From Azolla caroliniana (Eukaryota > Plantae > Polypodiophyta): a stretch of 64,000 nucleotides of DNA. Both the position numbers and the translations under genes were made by a program. The stretch covers positions 17,360,001-17,424,000 of the forward strand of contig JBHGNT010000004.1 of the NCBI GenBank assembly GCA_043228905.1, written 5' to 3'. Below, one piece after another: positions 24,682-35,688 of the stretch (the first letter of the stretch is position 1; every line of letters begins with the position of its first letter). Below the pieces are notes generated by a model. That model was not told where the DNA came from. It made no database searches and was given only the letters and a program-made list of their open reading frames with translations.

Positions 24682-27600
24682 TTACATAGCAATCAATTCA
24701 TCAACGTCATTTTCTTCATCATTTTGTGTAGAACTGTCTTCGGCTATACGTGCATTGGTTTCCCCTGTTAGCCGAGCCAACGAAATATCTTCTATAAGCT
24801 CATCATCAAGCTCTATTAGCTCCCCCGGTTCCCCGGCTAACGGAGGAATAGGCTCTCGCGAAGCAGGTTGAAACCTTTCTGTATTGGCGAGGTTCTTTGC
24901 ACTGACCTCCTCATCCTGGTCTGGGCACTCCCACAAAGCCTTAATCCGCATATTAATAAATATAACTTGGTCCTCGTCCTTCGCCAATGCAACTGTATTT
25001 CTAAAAAGCTTCAATGCACATGCAGACGTAGTTCCTGTGATGTAAGTAACAAGAAGATTTAGTTGTCAAACGAAAAAAAAGGGATTGGTTATCTCAAGAT
25101 CATTACCCTAGTTCGAGGAATACCTGTGCGAGAAAATAGATCTAATATCCAGTCTCCTTCGACAGAAAACATCTCAATCAAGCGCATCATAAGTCATTGA
25201 GGTTTTTGGTATGGGTTGACAAGTCCTCGTTCTGTCGTGGTGACATGTCGCAATTTCCGTGTCACTGCTGGATATACCAACAGATTTGAACCTCCCACTT
25301 CATTAGAATGCTCTTCGATTCTCTGTTTCTTAATTTCATCGAAGTAGCCAACCGTTATGTATTCAATGGCATTAACGAACCGAAAAGTTGGCCCTCTATT
25401 TACATTGCTCTTGATCCTATAAAAAATAATACATTGAGTTAAGAATAGATTCAACAACCTTAAGAAATGCAATATAGTGAAAGACACCTATAAATAATCC
25501 TTACCATGCAAGGTTCTCGATGCCATGGCAACGAGATCTCAAAGCTTGAGCTACCGAGTACCCTTGGTCCATACTATGAAAGACAACTATTGGCGAGGTT
25601 CTGTATTGGCGAGGTTCCTCGGATAACACCTTATACGAAGACGTTAGAGGATAATCCTCGGTCACTTGTTCCCAAGTTATACATCCAAGTTGTTTCATCA
25701 TAACTTCTTGGATCTTCATGTACACCTTATGACTCTAAAATTAGAAATCAAGATTAGAACTTTGAATTACACCAGATAGACTACAATTTCAGTATTTGAA
25801 AGACTTACTTATTGAACTCAGTAACCATTTCTTCAAGGCTTAAATCTTTCGCCACAACCCTTGACAAAACCGACACAAGAAGTTGCTCGTCCTTAATACC
25901 TTGCATCGCTCTCCATAGGGACAGCTTCATGTCGTCTGCCGCTTCTTCAATTGTCAAGTCAATTTTCTTGGCAGCTTGTGACTTTAACTCTAGTTGAGGG
26001 TCAACCCTACATTTCTTTTGTCGTTGACCCTTTACCTCCTTATTCTCCCACATTGAGAAGATTTGATCTTGTAGGTCCCATACTTCTCCATCTCTAAACG
26101 CCAATTGAAACCAAGACTCATACTTTCGAAGACCATCGGACCTAACATTATCATCTACCACAATGCCGACTTCATGCAGACATTGACGTCGAAGGCCTGG
26201 ATGTAACTTCACACCAAACTTTTGTTTCACGTCTAAATACTCGTGGTGGAAGAACCGTATACGCTCAATGGACGACATTTTTTGCCTATAGTCATTATCA
26301 TTATTATGGTCCCATGCCAACAGCTTAGCCTCTTCGGTTGTGAGCCCAACATAAATTTTGCACTCGGCATACTTGAAGAAGAAAGTTGTTGGATGTTCTC
26401 TCACAAGTTGCCGACGTGCCTCTGCTGAATGCGATCCACCAATGACAAAATAATTATATTGATCATGCTTTCTAATATCAAAATCTTCAATGGTTTCACA
26501 TTCTTCAGGATCTACCATAACAATAAAAGGCACCACAGTGGCATCAGGATTAATTTTCATTTTTTTCTTGAGATTTTGAACATGCATGCGGTGTGGCTCT
26601 CTAATCTCAAGTGGTCGTCGACCTGTTTTTTCATCAATAGGGGGCCGATGGATGTGTGTTATAGGAAAATTAAACACTTGCCCTTTCCTGACCAGTTTCC
26701 GTTGCATTAACTCTCTCCTTATCTTATTCTGCTCGGATGACAAAACACCCGAGGCCAGCTCAGCTCCTGGCGTCCCCTTATTATCCTCCTCTTCGTTTTC
26801 ACTTGTTGAATCCGTATCCGACATTTTGGTTGTCTTCTTCTTTGGTGGTCTTGACTGGACTTTGGATACCCTTTTTGTGGCCTTCAATGGGGAGGGCACT
26901 TCATCTCTTAGAGTTACATGGCCTTGTATATAAGGTAACAATAAGGTTTTGTGAGCTTTCAAGATCTTTTTTGAAAGCTTCTGGCCCACAAGATTCCTTT
27001 ACTAAAAGGTCTTTTGAAAGGAACACTTTACGTACCCCCTTGGAGCACTCTATCATGACCAGTATGTTGGCCGAATCTGCATCTTCGTAGTCAAATCGTA
27101 GAATACGGACATACATAAATGGGGTTTCCTTTCCAAGCTGCCCCTCACCCTTCTTCTTTGTTGTATACAATACGACTTTTTTCTTTGAGTCGACATATTG
27201 CATACACCATTCCTTGTCCGTCAGATCTCGGTCAGGAAGGTCTTCACCTCCAGTAGCGGCGACAAGTTTCTTTTGGCTAACATCACTATGTGGCTGAGAT
27301 TTTGTCTCTTCGTTAAAGAGAAGCTTTTTTCCTCTCTTCATGGTCTCAGGAGCTACCTTGGTCTGGGCTTCGATTGGAGAACCTTGTATGCGAAGCTTTA
27401 TTTTCTTCACGGGTCGGTCCGATAGGTTCTCAAACGACCTATTTAAGAAAGTATATGCAAAAACATAAGTTAGGTGGTCACGTAGATTAAGGTTGTATAT
27501 TAACATGAAGAACAGTTCTCACTAGCAGTCCTATATTCAAAAATCTATTATAGGCAGGGCTATTCAACCTAGAAAATATATATTGTAATAAGTAAACAGG

Positions 27601-28474
27601 GTTATATATTCTTTTAAATAGTATGTATGACTTATATAGATTCCAAACCTATATTGAGGAGAATTTGCTATCGTAAAGGCAATTTGTGGATCATTTTCTA
27701 CTATTTTAAGCTAAAGTAGGTCATAAAACACCTATAATTAGAGCATGTTTTTTTTAGAGTAAGGAAAGTCAACATAAAAAAGACTGATTTTGCCAGACAA
27801 TTTGATATCTTTTCCACACCATAATTATTTGTTACCCCAAAAACACAATTTTTCTCTCTCAGAGCCTTCTTTAATACAAGAACTCGATACGGCGTATCGA
27901 GTTCCTGTTTAAATCCTAAACTTTAAACGAGAACTCGATACGCCGTATCGAGTTCCTCTGCTTTCTTTGCTTTTTAAACAGGAACTCGAAAGTTTGGATT
28001 TTAAACAGGAATCAATACGCCGTATCGAGTTCGTGTTTAAAGTTTAGGTTTTAAACACGAACTCGATACCCCGTATCGAGTTCCCGTTTAAAGTTTGGAA
28101 TTTAAACACGAACTCGATACGGCGTATCGAGTTCGTGTTTAAAGTTTAGGTTTTAAACGGGATCTCGATACGGCGTATCGAGTTCTTGTTTAATGTTTAG
28201 GTTTTAAACAGGAACTCGATACGGCGTATCGAGTTCCTGTTTAAAGTGTAGGTTTTAAACAGGAACTCGATACGCCGTATCGAGTTCCCTTTTAAAAAGC
28301 AAAAACAAATTATGAACTCGATACGCCATATCGAGTTCATGTATAAAGTTTGTATTGTATACATGAACTCGATACGGCGTATCGAGTTCTTGAGCGACGA
28401 AACATATTTACAAAAATGTCCACAGTGTCAGAGGCCTACCTGGAGTCCTCACGCTCGATTCTCTTTGAAGACAT
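24682..28474 (-). pseudogene. Spliced ParB/Srx-domain + beta-class N4C/N6A DNA methyltransferase gene (transposon cargo), disrupted
   Basis: Proposed exons 28474-28440, 27438-25809 (frameshift within ~26901-26989), ~25732-25505, 25416-25124, 25034-24682. GT-AG joins 1, 3 and 4 restore frame; the acceptor of intron 2 is uncertain. ParB-like: IREPHRMHVQNLKKKM..VVPFIVMV..YFVIGGSHSAEARRQL..IYVGLTTEEAKLLAWDHN..MSSIERI. MTase-like: IVVFHS..NLAWIKSN..FVNAIEYI..VNPYQKPQ*LMMRLIEMFSVEGDWILDLFSRTGTTSACALKLFRNTVALAKDEDQVIFINMRI. Confidence 0.85.
27875..28392. repeat. Array of 10 (plus one half) palindromes GAACTCGATACG-N-CGTATCGAGTTC, 51-bp period
   Basis: Cores start at 27880, 27931, ~28008, 28059, 28110, 28161, 28212, 28263, 28314 and 28365. 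Arms often extend to TTTAAACA..TGTTTAAA (~43-bp palindrome plus ~8-bp spacer). Confidence 0.95.
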
Positions 28475-28615
28475 GGTTGATCGTGTGGAAGTGGAGGCGG
28501 AGATCGCGCTTTGGTGCTTTGTGCTCTGTGTGCTTTGTGTGCTTTGTGTGCTCTCTACGTTCTGTGTGCTCTGTACGCTCTGTACGCTCTTGTGAGTGAA
28601 ATATGACGAGGTCTT

Positions 28616-28628
28616 CCTATTTATAGGG
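28616..28628 (-). promoter_or_regulatory. TATA box of the ParB-MTase gene
   Basis: CCCTATAAATAGG on the minus strand, ~145 bp upstream of the proposed ATG at 28474. Confidence 0.6.
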
Positions 28629-29308
28629 ATTGACCACATTGGTTAAAGTAACCATAGTCACCTTAACCAAGGTTGGTAACTTTGAGGATAGTTAGTTGGT
28701 AACCATAGTCACATTAACTAGAGTAACTTATGATTGTATTAATGATTACAAAGTCAAACTAACATATTGATCAATCTTTTATAGTCATAACAACCTGCAA
28801 TGACTTCAAAGGTTATGAAGGAGACAATGATAGAGGTTCATGAATGTACCAATGATTGATTACTAAAAGCAACAATTTTTATGACTCTCAAATGCTATGT
28901 ATTAAAGATGTTGGCATGAATTAACCAATGATTGATAAGTCTAATATTTAAAATGTTGAGCATTAAAGAACCAATGAGTGAGACGTTCTATATCAAAATG
29001 GGTGCCATTAATTAGCCAATGATTTTAACATTAATCCAACATATTCATGGCTTGTTAATGATTAGTTTTATATTTTACTTGATTTAACTTCATATAGATC
29101 TAGTTTATATAATAATTAATATTTTAAGTACAATTACTTTATTAAAAATAATTTTTTGATGTATTGTATTAATAGAATATTACATAATATAGACATTCTA
29201 TTGATTTGGCTTTTGTTTAGAGAGAAGTTTATGTTTAGAGAGGAGCTTATTAGTTTTTTTCCTTACCCTAAGCACATAACTTAGAGAGCCCTATCTAGAC
29301 CTTAAGCC

Positions 29309-32089
29309 ATGAGTGAAGATTCACCGTTCTCGATTGAAGAATATTGTTTGTCATCAGACCCATCGTTTTCTACTGAAGAGTATTGTTTGTCAACAGAGTC
29401 ACCATATTCAATTGAAGAATATTGTCTGTCGGCCGACTCACCATATTCTATCGAAGAATATTGTCTGAGCTCATCTACAGGGAACGTAAATAATGACACA
29501 TGTGAAGAGTTCTCTATTGAAGAATACGATATTAATAAAGATACCGAGAATGAAGGTAGTGCCCAGGAAACATTGAATAACATTGGCGATGGTCACAACA
29601 AAGAATTAGACTGTAACAAGGTTACACCAACCTCTATGCAAGAAGAGAAATCTGGGAGCCCTATGCATATTAGAAGAATCCCACGAAGAATTCGTCTGGC
29701 TAGATTTAGCTTGGTGACATCAGATAAACAGATTGGATTTGATGTCAAAAAAATATGTTGTGCCCGTGGTTGTATGTCTATGATTGGAAAATCAAAGTTG
29801 CGAGAATTAAGGCAATACTATTTTTCGATGACCGGTGATGAGCAAGACACTTACCTCGGGTCACATATGCAACTAGTATCTGACAAATGTACGGGGATCA
29901 AAGTATCATTCGAGTATTATATCTTCCATGCGCAACAGATATGCAGAGTTGCATTCAAAATTGCGTTATGTGTTAGTAACATGCGGCTACATAGAGTACA
30001 ACAACGTCTACTTAGCGGGGATCAGATGCTCAATTGTAAAGAGGTTCCAAGTATGAAAGGTGCAATTGGAAGACATGCTATTGGCTAGATGAAAACTTAC
30101 TTTCAGTTAAATTGTGAAGTAATGCCCACTACAGGTAGGATGCATCTTTCTGATAATTATACACGTCGGGAAGTTTATGATGTCTATCGATCTGATATGC
30201 TGGGCTCACGTAATAAGTCTATCACCTATAGCCAATTCACAAGATTATGGAGAGCTCGGTTTTCAAATGTTATTATTCCTCGTAAATTACGTATGGGGTA
30301 TTGCTCCATTTGTGCAAATCTTAAAAGTTTGGTTAAAGGTGCAAAGACATCAATGGAAAAGGATACGAGTAAGAAGTTACTACAAGAGCATCGTGAGGCA
30401 CAGTCCTTAGAACGAAAGAAGGCAATGCATCATAAAGAGAAGTGTTTGAAGAGGCCCGAACAATACATGTGCTTAATGATAGATGGCATGGACCAGAAGA
30501 AGACATGCTTGCCGCATATGCGGAGGCTCCCCAAAGATGTCAATGATGAGTGCCTTGTTCAAATGCACTTGGTGGGATGCTTGGCTTATAATAGGTCTGT
30601 TCGACCTCGCGTCTTCATTACTTACCCCAATGTTCACAATGACCCTAACCTAACAGTTACAGTGATTCACCGAGTTTTGATGTCTTGGGGCCAACCTTTC
30701 CCCCCTGTTCTATACATTCAATTGGACAATACTGCTAGAGAGAACAAAAATTCAACTGTATTTGGCTATCTAAGTATGTTGGTCAACCTAGAATTGTTTA
30801 GGAAAGTGAAAGTCAATTTCCTTTTGGTTGGCCACACACATGACCATATAGATTAGATGTTTAGCACATTCTCCAAACAGTTGTCTCGGCATGATGCTTT
30901 CACTTTACCTAAACTATTTGATGTCATTTGTGATGCTTATACACCACGCCCAAAAGTGTTACACTTGAAGGAGGTATATGACTTTAAGAGATATATATTA
31001 GATGGGGGTGGTGGGAATGTTAAAGTGCTTGCTCAGTTAAACAATATAAGTTTCAATCACATTTTTATGATAAAGAAAAATGGAATAAGTGGTTCTACAC
31101 TTTTGTATGCTAAACAATATTCATCTTCTACAACATGGGAACCTGAAGGTGGTTTCCAGTTATTACTTTGTATGCCGAGTACAATTGTCCATGGAGCTTA
31201 GCAAATGCCAATTGAGAAGAAAGCACAGTTGCAGAGCGACTTGGTATCAGAACAAAAACGGTCATGGCTCCAAGCCTTAGAAGAAAAAAGAAAGCATATT
31301 GAGGCCGCCAAGAAATATGCCGCACAACAAGACACATCATGGTGGGATGTATTTTATAGTGATCAGAAAGAAATTATAGACAATTGTGTATCTGTTGATA
31401 ATTGGAATTTGGAAACGCCATTCACATGGTCGCTGCAACATGATCGCGTAAATAGAACTCCGGAGCAACTAGTAAATGCGATTAATGACAGCTTAGTCCA
31501 TCCACAACAAAGAGACATTTATGTGGGACCAAGGATGACCAAAGCAGCCGAAGCTAGATGGCAAGGCAATTTGCAAGAGCTCACCGCGGGGATGTTGATT
31601 GCAACGCCGGCTGATGAGAACTCACATGGCCACCAATTTTGGGTTGGTAAAATTCTAGAAGTGCTAATGCATGAAATAGAAAACACGATCAAGTCTATAA
31701 ATGTTCATTGGTACAAGACTAGAAGTGCAAATGCTTTTACAGGTAAGTATACATTGGAGATGATTGAATGCCCAACAAGAAGGGGAGGTAGGAAGAGGAA
31801 GCGAAACATTCGTAACACCTCGACCCTTGATATCTCTGATGTGGATATCATCGTGTATGGCTTCACACTTACAAAAGCCGGACGATTAAGGAATTCAACA
31901 ATAGATATAATAAAAGAAAAATTACCAGGTCTACAAGGTGGCTCGAGTCAAAGGCAAACGAGATCTGCAACATATAATCTAGAGTCAAACCATTTGGTTT
32001 ATGACGAAGATAATGCACTGATTGGTACATCCGAGGATGATGAGGAGGAATCGTCATTGTATATTAGTTATAGTAGTGATTCTCCGTAA
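29309..32089 (+). pseudogene. Sola-type DDD transposase, ~926 codons, three in-frame TAG stops
   Basis: Four consecutive same-frame ORFs separated by single TAG codons (30086, 30854, 31199). Motifs CSICANL, MIDGMDQKK..LPH, YIQLDNTARENKN, FLLVGHTHDHID*MFS. A 4-bp TSD fits Sola. Confidence 0.85.
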
Positions 32090-33431
32090 AGGAGTGATCA
32101 TGAATGTATATTTGGCTATTAAGTGTAACTACATTCCGCTTGTAACAAATCGAGTAATATAAAAGCATGTGTTTTGAATTCTTATGATTTCTAAAAAATC
32201 GTTTCTTATAAAATAACATTGGTTGTAAAGTTTGTGATATAAATTGAGAATGTATCTTTTTGAAATTCGTCTTTTTTTAGTTACTTCTAAATCACGAAAA
32301 TAGTGGATTTTTAACCTTTTTCATAGTATGTTTGAACATGTATGATACTGGTATCAATGTGTTTTGTAAAATCATTGAAAAACCCCTAAAATTTCCCTTA
32401 TCCTTCCATTTATGTGCGATCCTTCCACTTGTGAACGCGAACGTGTTGTGAGATATCCCACATAGGCACGACAAATACGGCTCTCATCATATATAAGGTG
32501 GAGCAAAAGATATTATCTTTGTGTCTATATGTGGAGCATAGAGAGTTCAAGGTAACTTGAACTAAGAGTGGAGGTGGGCTAGCTACTCATAAAGGGTTTT
32601 GGCCAACCAAAATCGGACCGGCGATGGAGCCAGGCATCCGGCGACGGTGATCCGATGGCATCCAGCGCCAGTGAGACACCGGCATCGGTAACGGCATCAG
32701 TAACCGACGGCACCGGTAACCGGCGGCGGGACCGGTATCCGACGACGGCACCGGTAACCGACGGCATCCGGCAAACCGGCGTCCGGCGACTAGATAAATA
32801 AATATATAAATATATATACATATTTACATATACAAGGAGGGCAAGTAAGGATTCGAACCTTGCACCTCAAAGTTAGGAGTCAATTGGCTTACCATTAAGC
32901 CATGCTATTTAGTTGAAACTATATTTCTATCATTGTACTTTTACATGTAAATTCTCATACATGAGAGCTAAAATGAGTGACATGGTTATCATGCACCACA
33001 TGTAATACATAAGCGCCAAATGGCAAACATGCAATTTATGCATGTCTTGTACCCTCACATGCATCATATGCATGAGAGCATCTATAAAAGAAGGAAGGGG
33101 GAGGAGAAAAAAACACGGTTTTTTTTATGAAAATTAAGAGGAAGAAATTTGTTATCAAATTGATCGTGTAACTTGTTTCTTAAATCTAAAGTTAAAAGTT
33201 CAATCAATCTCTCTCAATCGTGTAATCTTAACTTCTCTCTTTCCCAATCTATCTTAAGTACCTTCTCGCTAAAGCTTGCGCCAAAGCTTTTACCGACTTT
33301 GAATCCTTCCGGTCCAGAACCCCGGCGATTCCGCCTCATGATCCGCGCGTAGTGACGGATCTTCACGACATAATTAAGTGGTGAACCCGACGTGAAAGAG
33401 GCGGTAGGAGGGATCAAGTCGAGATTAATAC

Positions 33432-35636
33432 TTGGAGATGGCGTCCTCAAGCAACCAAGCGGGAGAGCTCGAAAGGATGATGATGATCGTCAAGCAAATG
33501 ATGAGATCTCGGGACAACGATGCGAGCGTGGAGAAGGCTGTCGATCGTGTCGTAGAACTCGAGGGCCAATTCGATGGAAGGAACGTTACGAAGTTCCTTG
33601 ATGCATATAGAAGGGAGAAGAATCAAAGGGACGTGTCCGAGGCACGTCAAATCGCAAGCTTCAAGAGAGTTGTCACCAACAACATCCAAAGACGCATCAT
33701 CGAGCTTCAAGAAGGTAAGACAACATGGTCCGAGTTTGAGAAAACGATACTAGCGGAGTTCGTGACTGAAGACTCAACGAGGATGACTCGACATGCCCTG
33801 ATGAAGTGGATAGAGAAGAAGAATAAGAAGATGAGCGTCTCGAGGGTGTACGACGAATTCGACCAGATGTTTAGTCGTCTCCCCAACACGGACCAAGTGT
33901 TGCTTCAAGAGGACAAGACTTTGTACTTCTTGAAGGCCGTGGACATAAAGGATAGACGGGAGTTGGGGACTCTTCTCGAAGATGATACCCAAGTAAATGG
34001 GCTTGTAGCGGACTGGATCACGGTGAAGCGGGCATGCAATAGGCTCGACAAGCGTCGCCAATGGGTTGATGACACCGACTTGATGGGATCGACTACCACG
34101 GAGAAAGCAAGACCGCCGAAAGTAGCTGAGCCGCTGAGACAAAGTAACGTGGAAGAAAAGAAGATTGATGACGACATCATTGAAGAGCTAGCGAAGAAGT
34201 TCGAGAAGGTCACGCTAGCCAACATGAATCGTCGGGGCCCTAAAGGAAAAGAACCCTTTAGATGTGTGTGGTGCGATAGCATGGACCACATGAGAAGGGA
34301 TTGTGCGAGCCTTCGAGAGGCGATTCGACAAAATATCGTATACATAGAGGACAACATGATCTGCTCAAGCGAGACTAGAAGACCCCTACGGGTGAATTTC
34401 GGAAGAGGAGGAATGAAGAGATCTATGGAGGATGCCGATGCGACTCATGTGGATGCGATGCACTAAGCTGCGTCGGCCGGAATAAGAGTCGGGAAAGACA
34501 AGACTGAAGCTGCTAGAGCGGGAGCAAAGTTTTGGACTTCCGTTCTTGAATATGAGAAGAAGGGAAAAATCACATCGAACGAGGTAGAGCTTGCGGACCG
34601 AAGCGTGCAAAGCATAACCGGGTGGTCGGATCCGGTGGACGACAACACCATACTCGCAGAGGTAATGTGCAACAACCACGAGGTGTTCGTCGAAGAAAAG
34701 AGAAAGAGAATAGAAGAGCAAGGGCCATCAAAAAGACATGAAACAAGGAACGTGAAAAAGAAGGACGATGCGGAGACGAGTCGACCTTTACAAACGGAGG
34801 AACGAGAATCAAGCCGAAAAGGGGAGCCAAGCATACGAGTTGAAGAAACGGTTCGGCCCGTGAAGGTTGGTATCGAAGACCCCGCTCGGAGGACTAGGAC
34901 TATACCTACCTATAAGCTAAGGTCGGACATAGAGCAGACAATGGACCTAAAGAAGATTCTCGAAGAACGAGTTCTTGATAGCCACATAACTTTGTCCTTG
35001 AGGGAATTGCTTAGCATTATGAAGAAGGAGTTCCATGACACGATCATGGACCTTGTAAAGAGAAAGAGACAACAATCGGACGAGGAAGAAGAGAAGCCGC
35101 AAAAAGCAAAAACGAATGCCATAACGATGGCAAGAGATGAAATCGATGAAGATATGGTGGACAGCCACTACACTCGACCTCATTGGGCACGAGCGACAAC
35201 GGAGACGCCGGTGAAGATCGGGGAGAAGAAAGAGACCGTGGTAGCCCTGATCGACCACGGCTCGGAGATCAACCTCATGTCAACCGACTTCTACAAAAAA
35301 GGAAGATGGCCAATCAATACAAACCACGGATGGAAGATTCGTGCGGCAACAAAGTCTACAGAGGATTTGTACGGAGCTTGTCCCAATGTCAAATTCACAA
35401 TCGGGGATGTGGAGATGGATCAACACTTCTTCGTACAAGAATCGGCGTCACATCCTGTCATCCTAGGGCAACCTTATATCACATCATCTCGGATGGAGAC
35501 CAAAGTGTTCGATAATGGAGCAGCCTTCGCACGAATAAAGAGTCTTGACAACCAAAGATCGGTCCAATTCCTAACGGTGAAAGGAATCGAGATAGTCTCG
35601 GAGGCGAATCCTCGGATTTTTACAGCGGACTATTGA
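33432..35636 (+). pseudogene. Gypsy D gag + aspartic protease
   Basis: CVWCDSMDHMRRDC knuckle; TAA at 34464 (TAC in the paralog E); ALIDHGSEINLM protease. Confidence 0.88.
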
Positions 35637-35688
35637 AGCATGGGGCACAAATAGTCCGAGCAATAAGAAGACCCCACAAGAAAGAAGA

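Larger units (their letters stand above)
23636..32447. mobile_element. 8.8-kb cut-and-paste DNA transposon, Sola-type, with cargo gene
   Basis: Perfect 29-bp TIR AACACGTTCGCGTTCACAAGTGGAAGGAT (23636-23664; 32419-32447) and 4-bp TSD GTGA (23632-23635; 32448-32451). The empty site is visible in the sister LTR at ~39395-39410 (AAATT-GTGA-GATATC). Confidence 0.93.

Noticed and set aside
27875-28392. Palindromic repeat array as a CRISPR array
   Set aside because: Spacers are only ~8 bp and near-identical rather than unique, no cas genes are present, and the context is a eukaryotic intron.
24682-28474. Bacterial or phage contamination as the source of the ParB-MTase
   Set aside because: The gene has in-frame spliceosomal introns and a TATA box, and lies within TIRs whose TSD and empty site are visible in a plant LTR.
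23636-32447. CACTA, piggyBac or hAT classification of the DNA transposon
   Set aside because: Termini are AACAC rather than CACTA, the TSD is 4-bp GTGA (not 3 bp, TTAA or 8 bp), and the transposase motifs are Sola-like.
32841-32906. Functional tRNA genes here and at 22249-22315 and 39942-40008
   Set aside because: A/B boxes are present, but acceptor and anticodon stems do not pair convincingly. Treated as tRNA-derived LTR modules.
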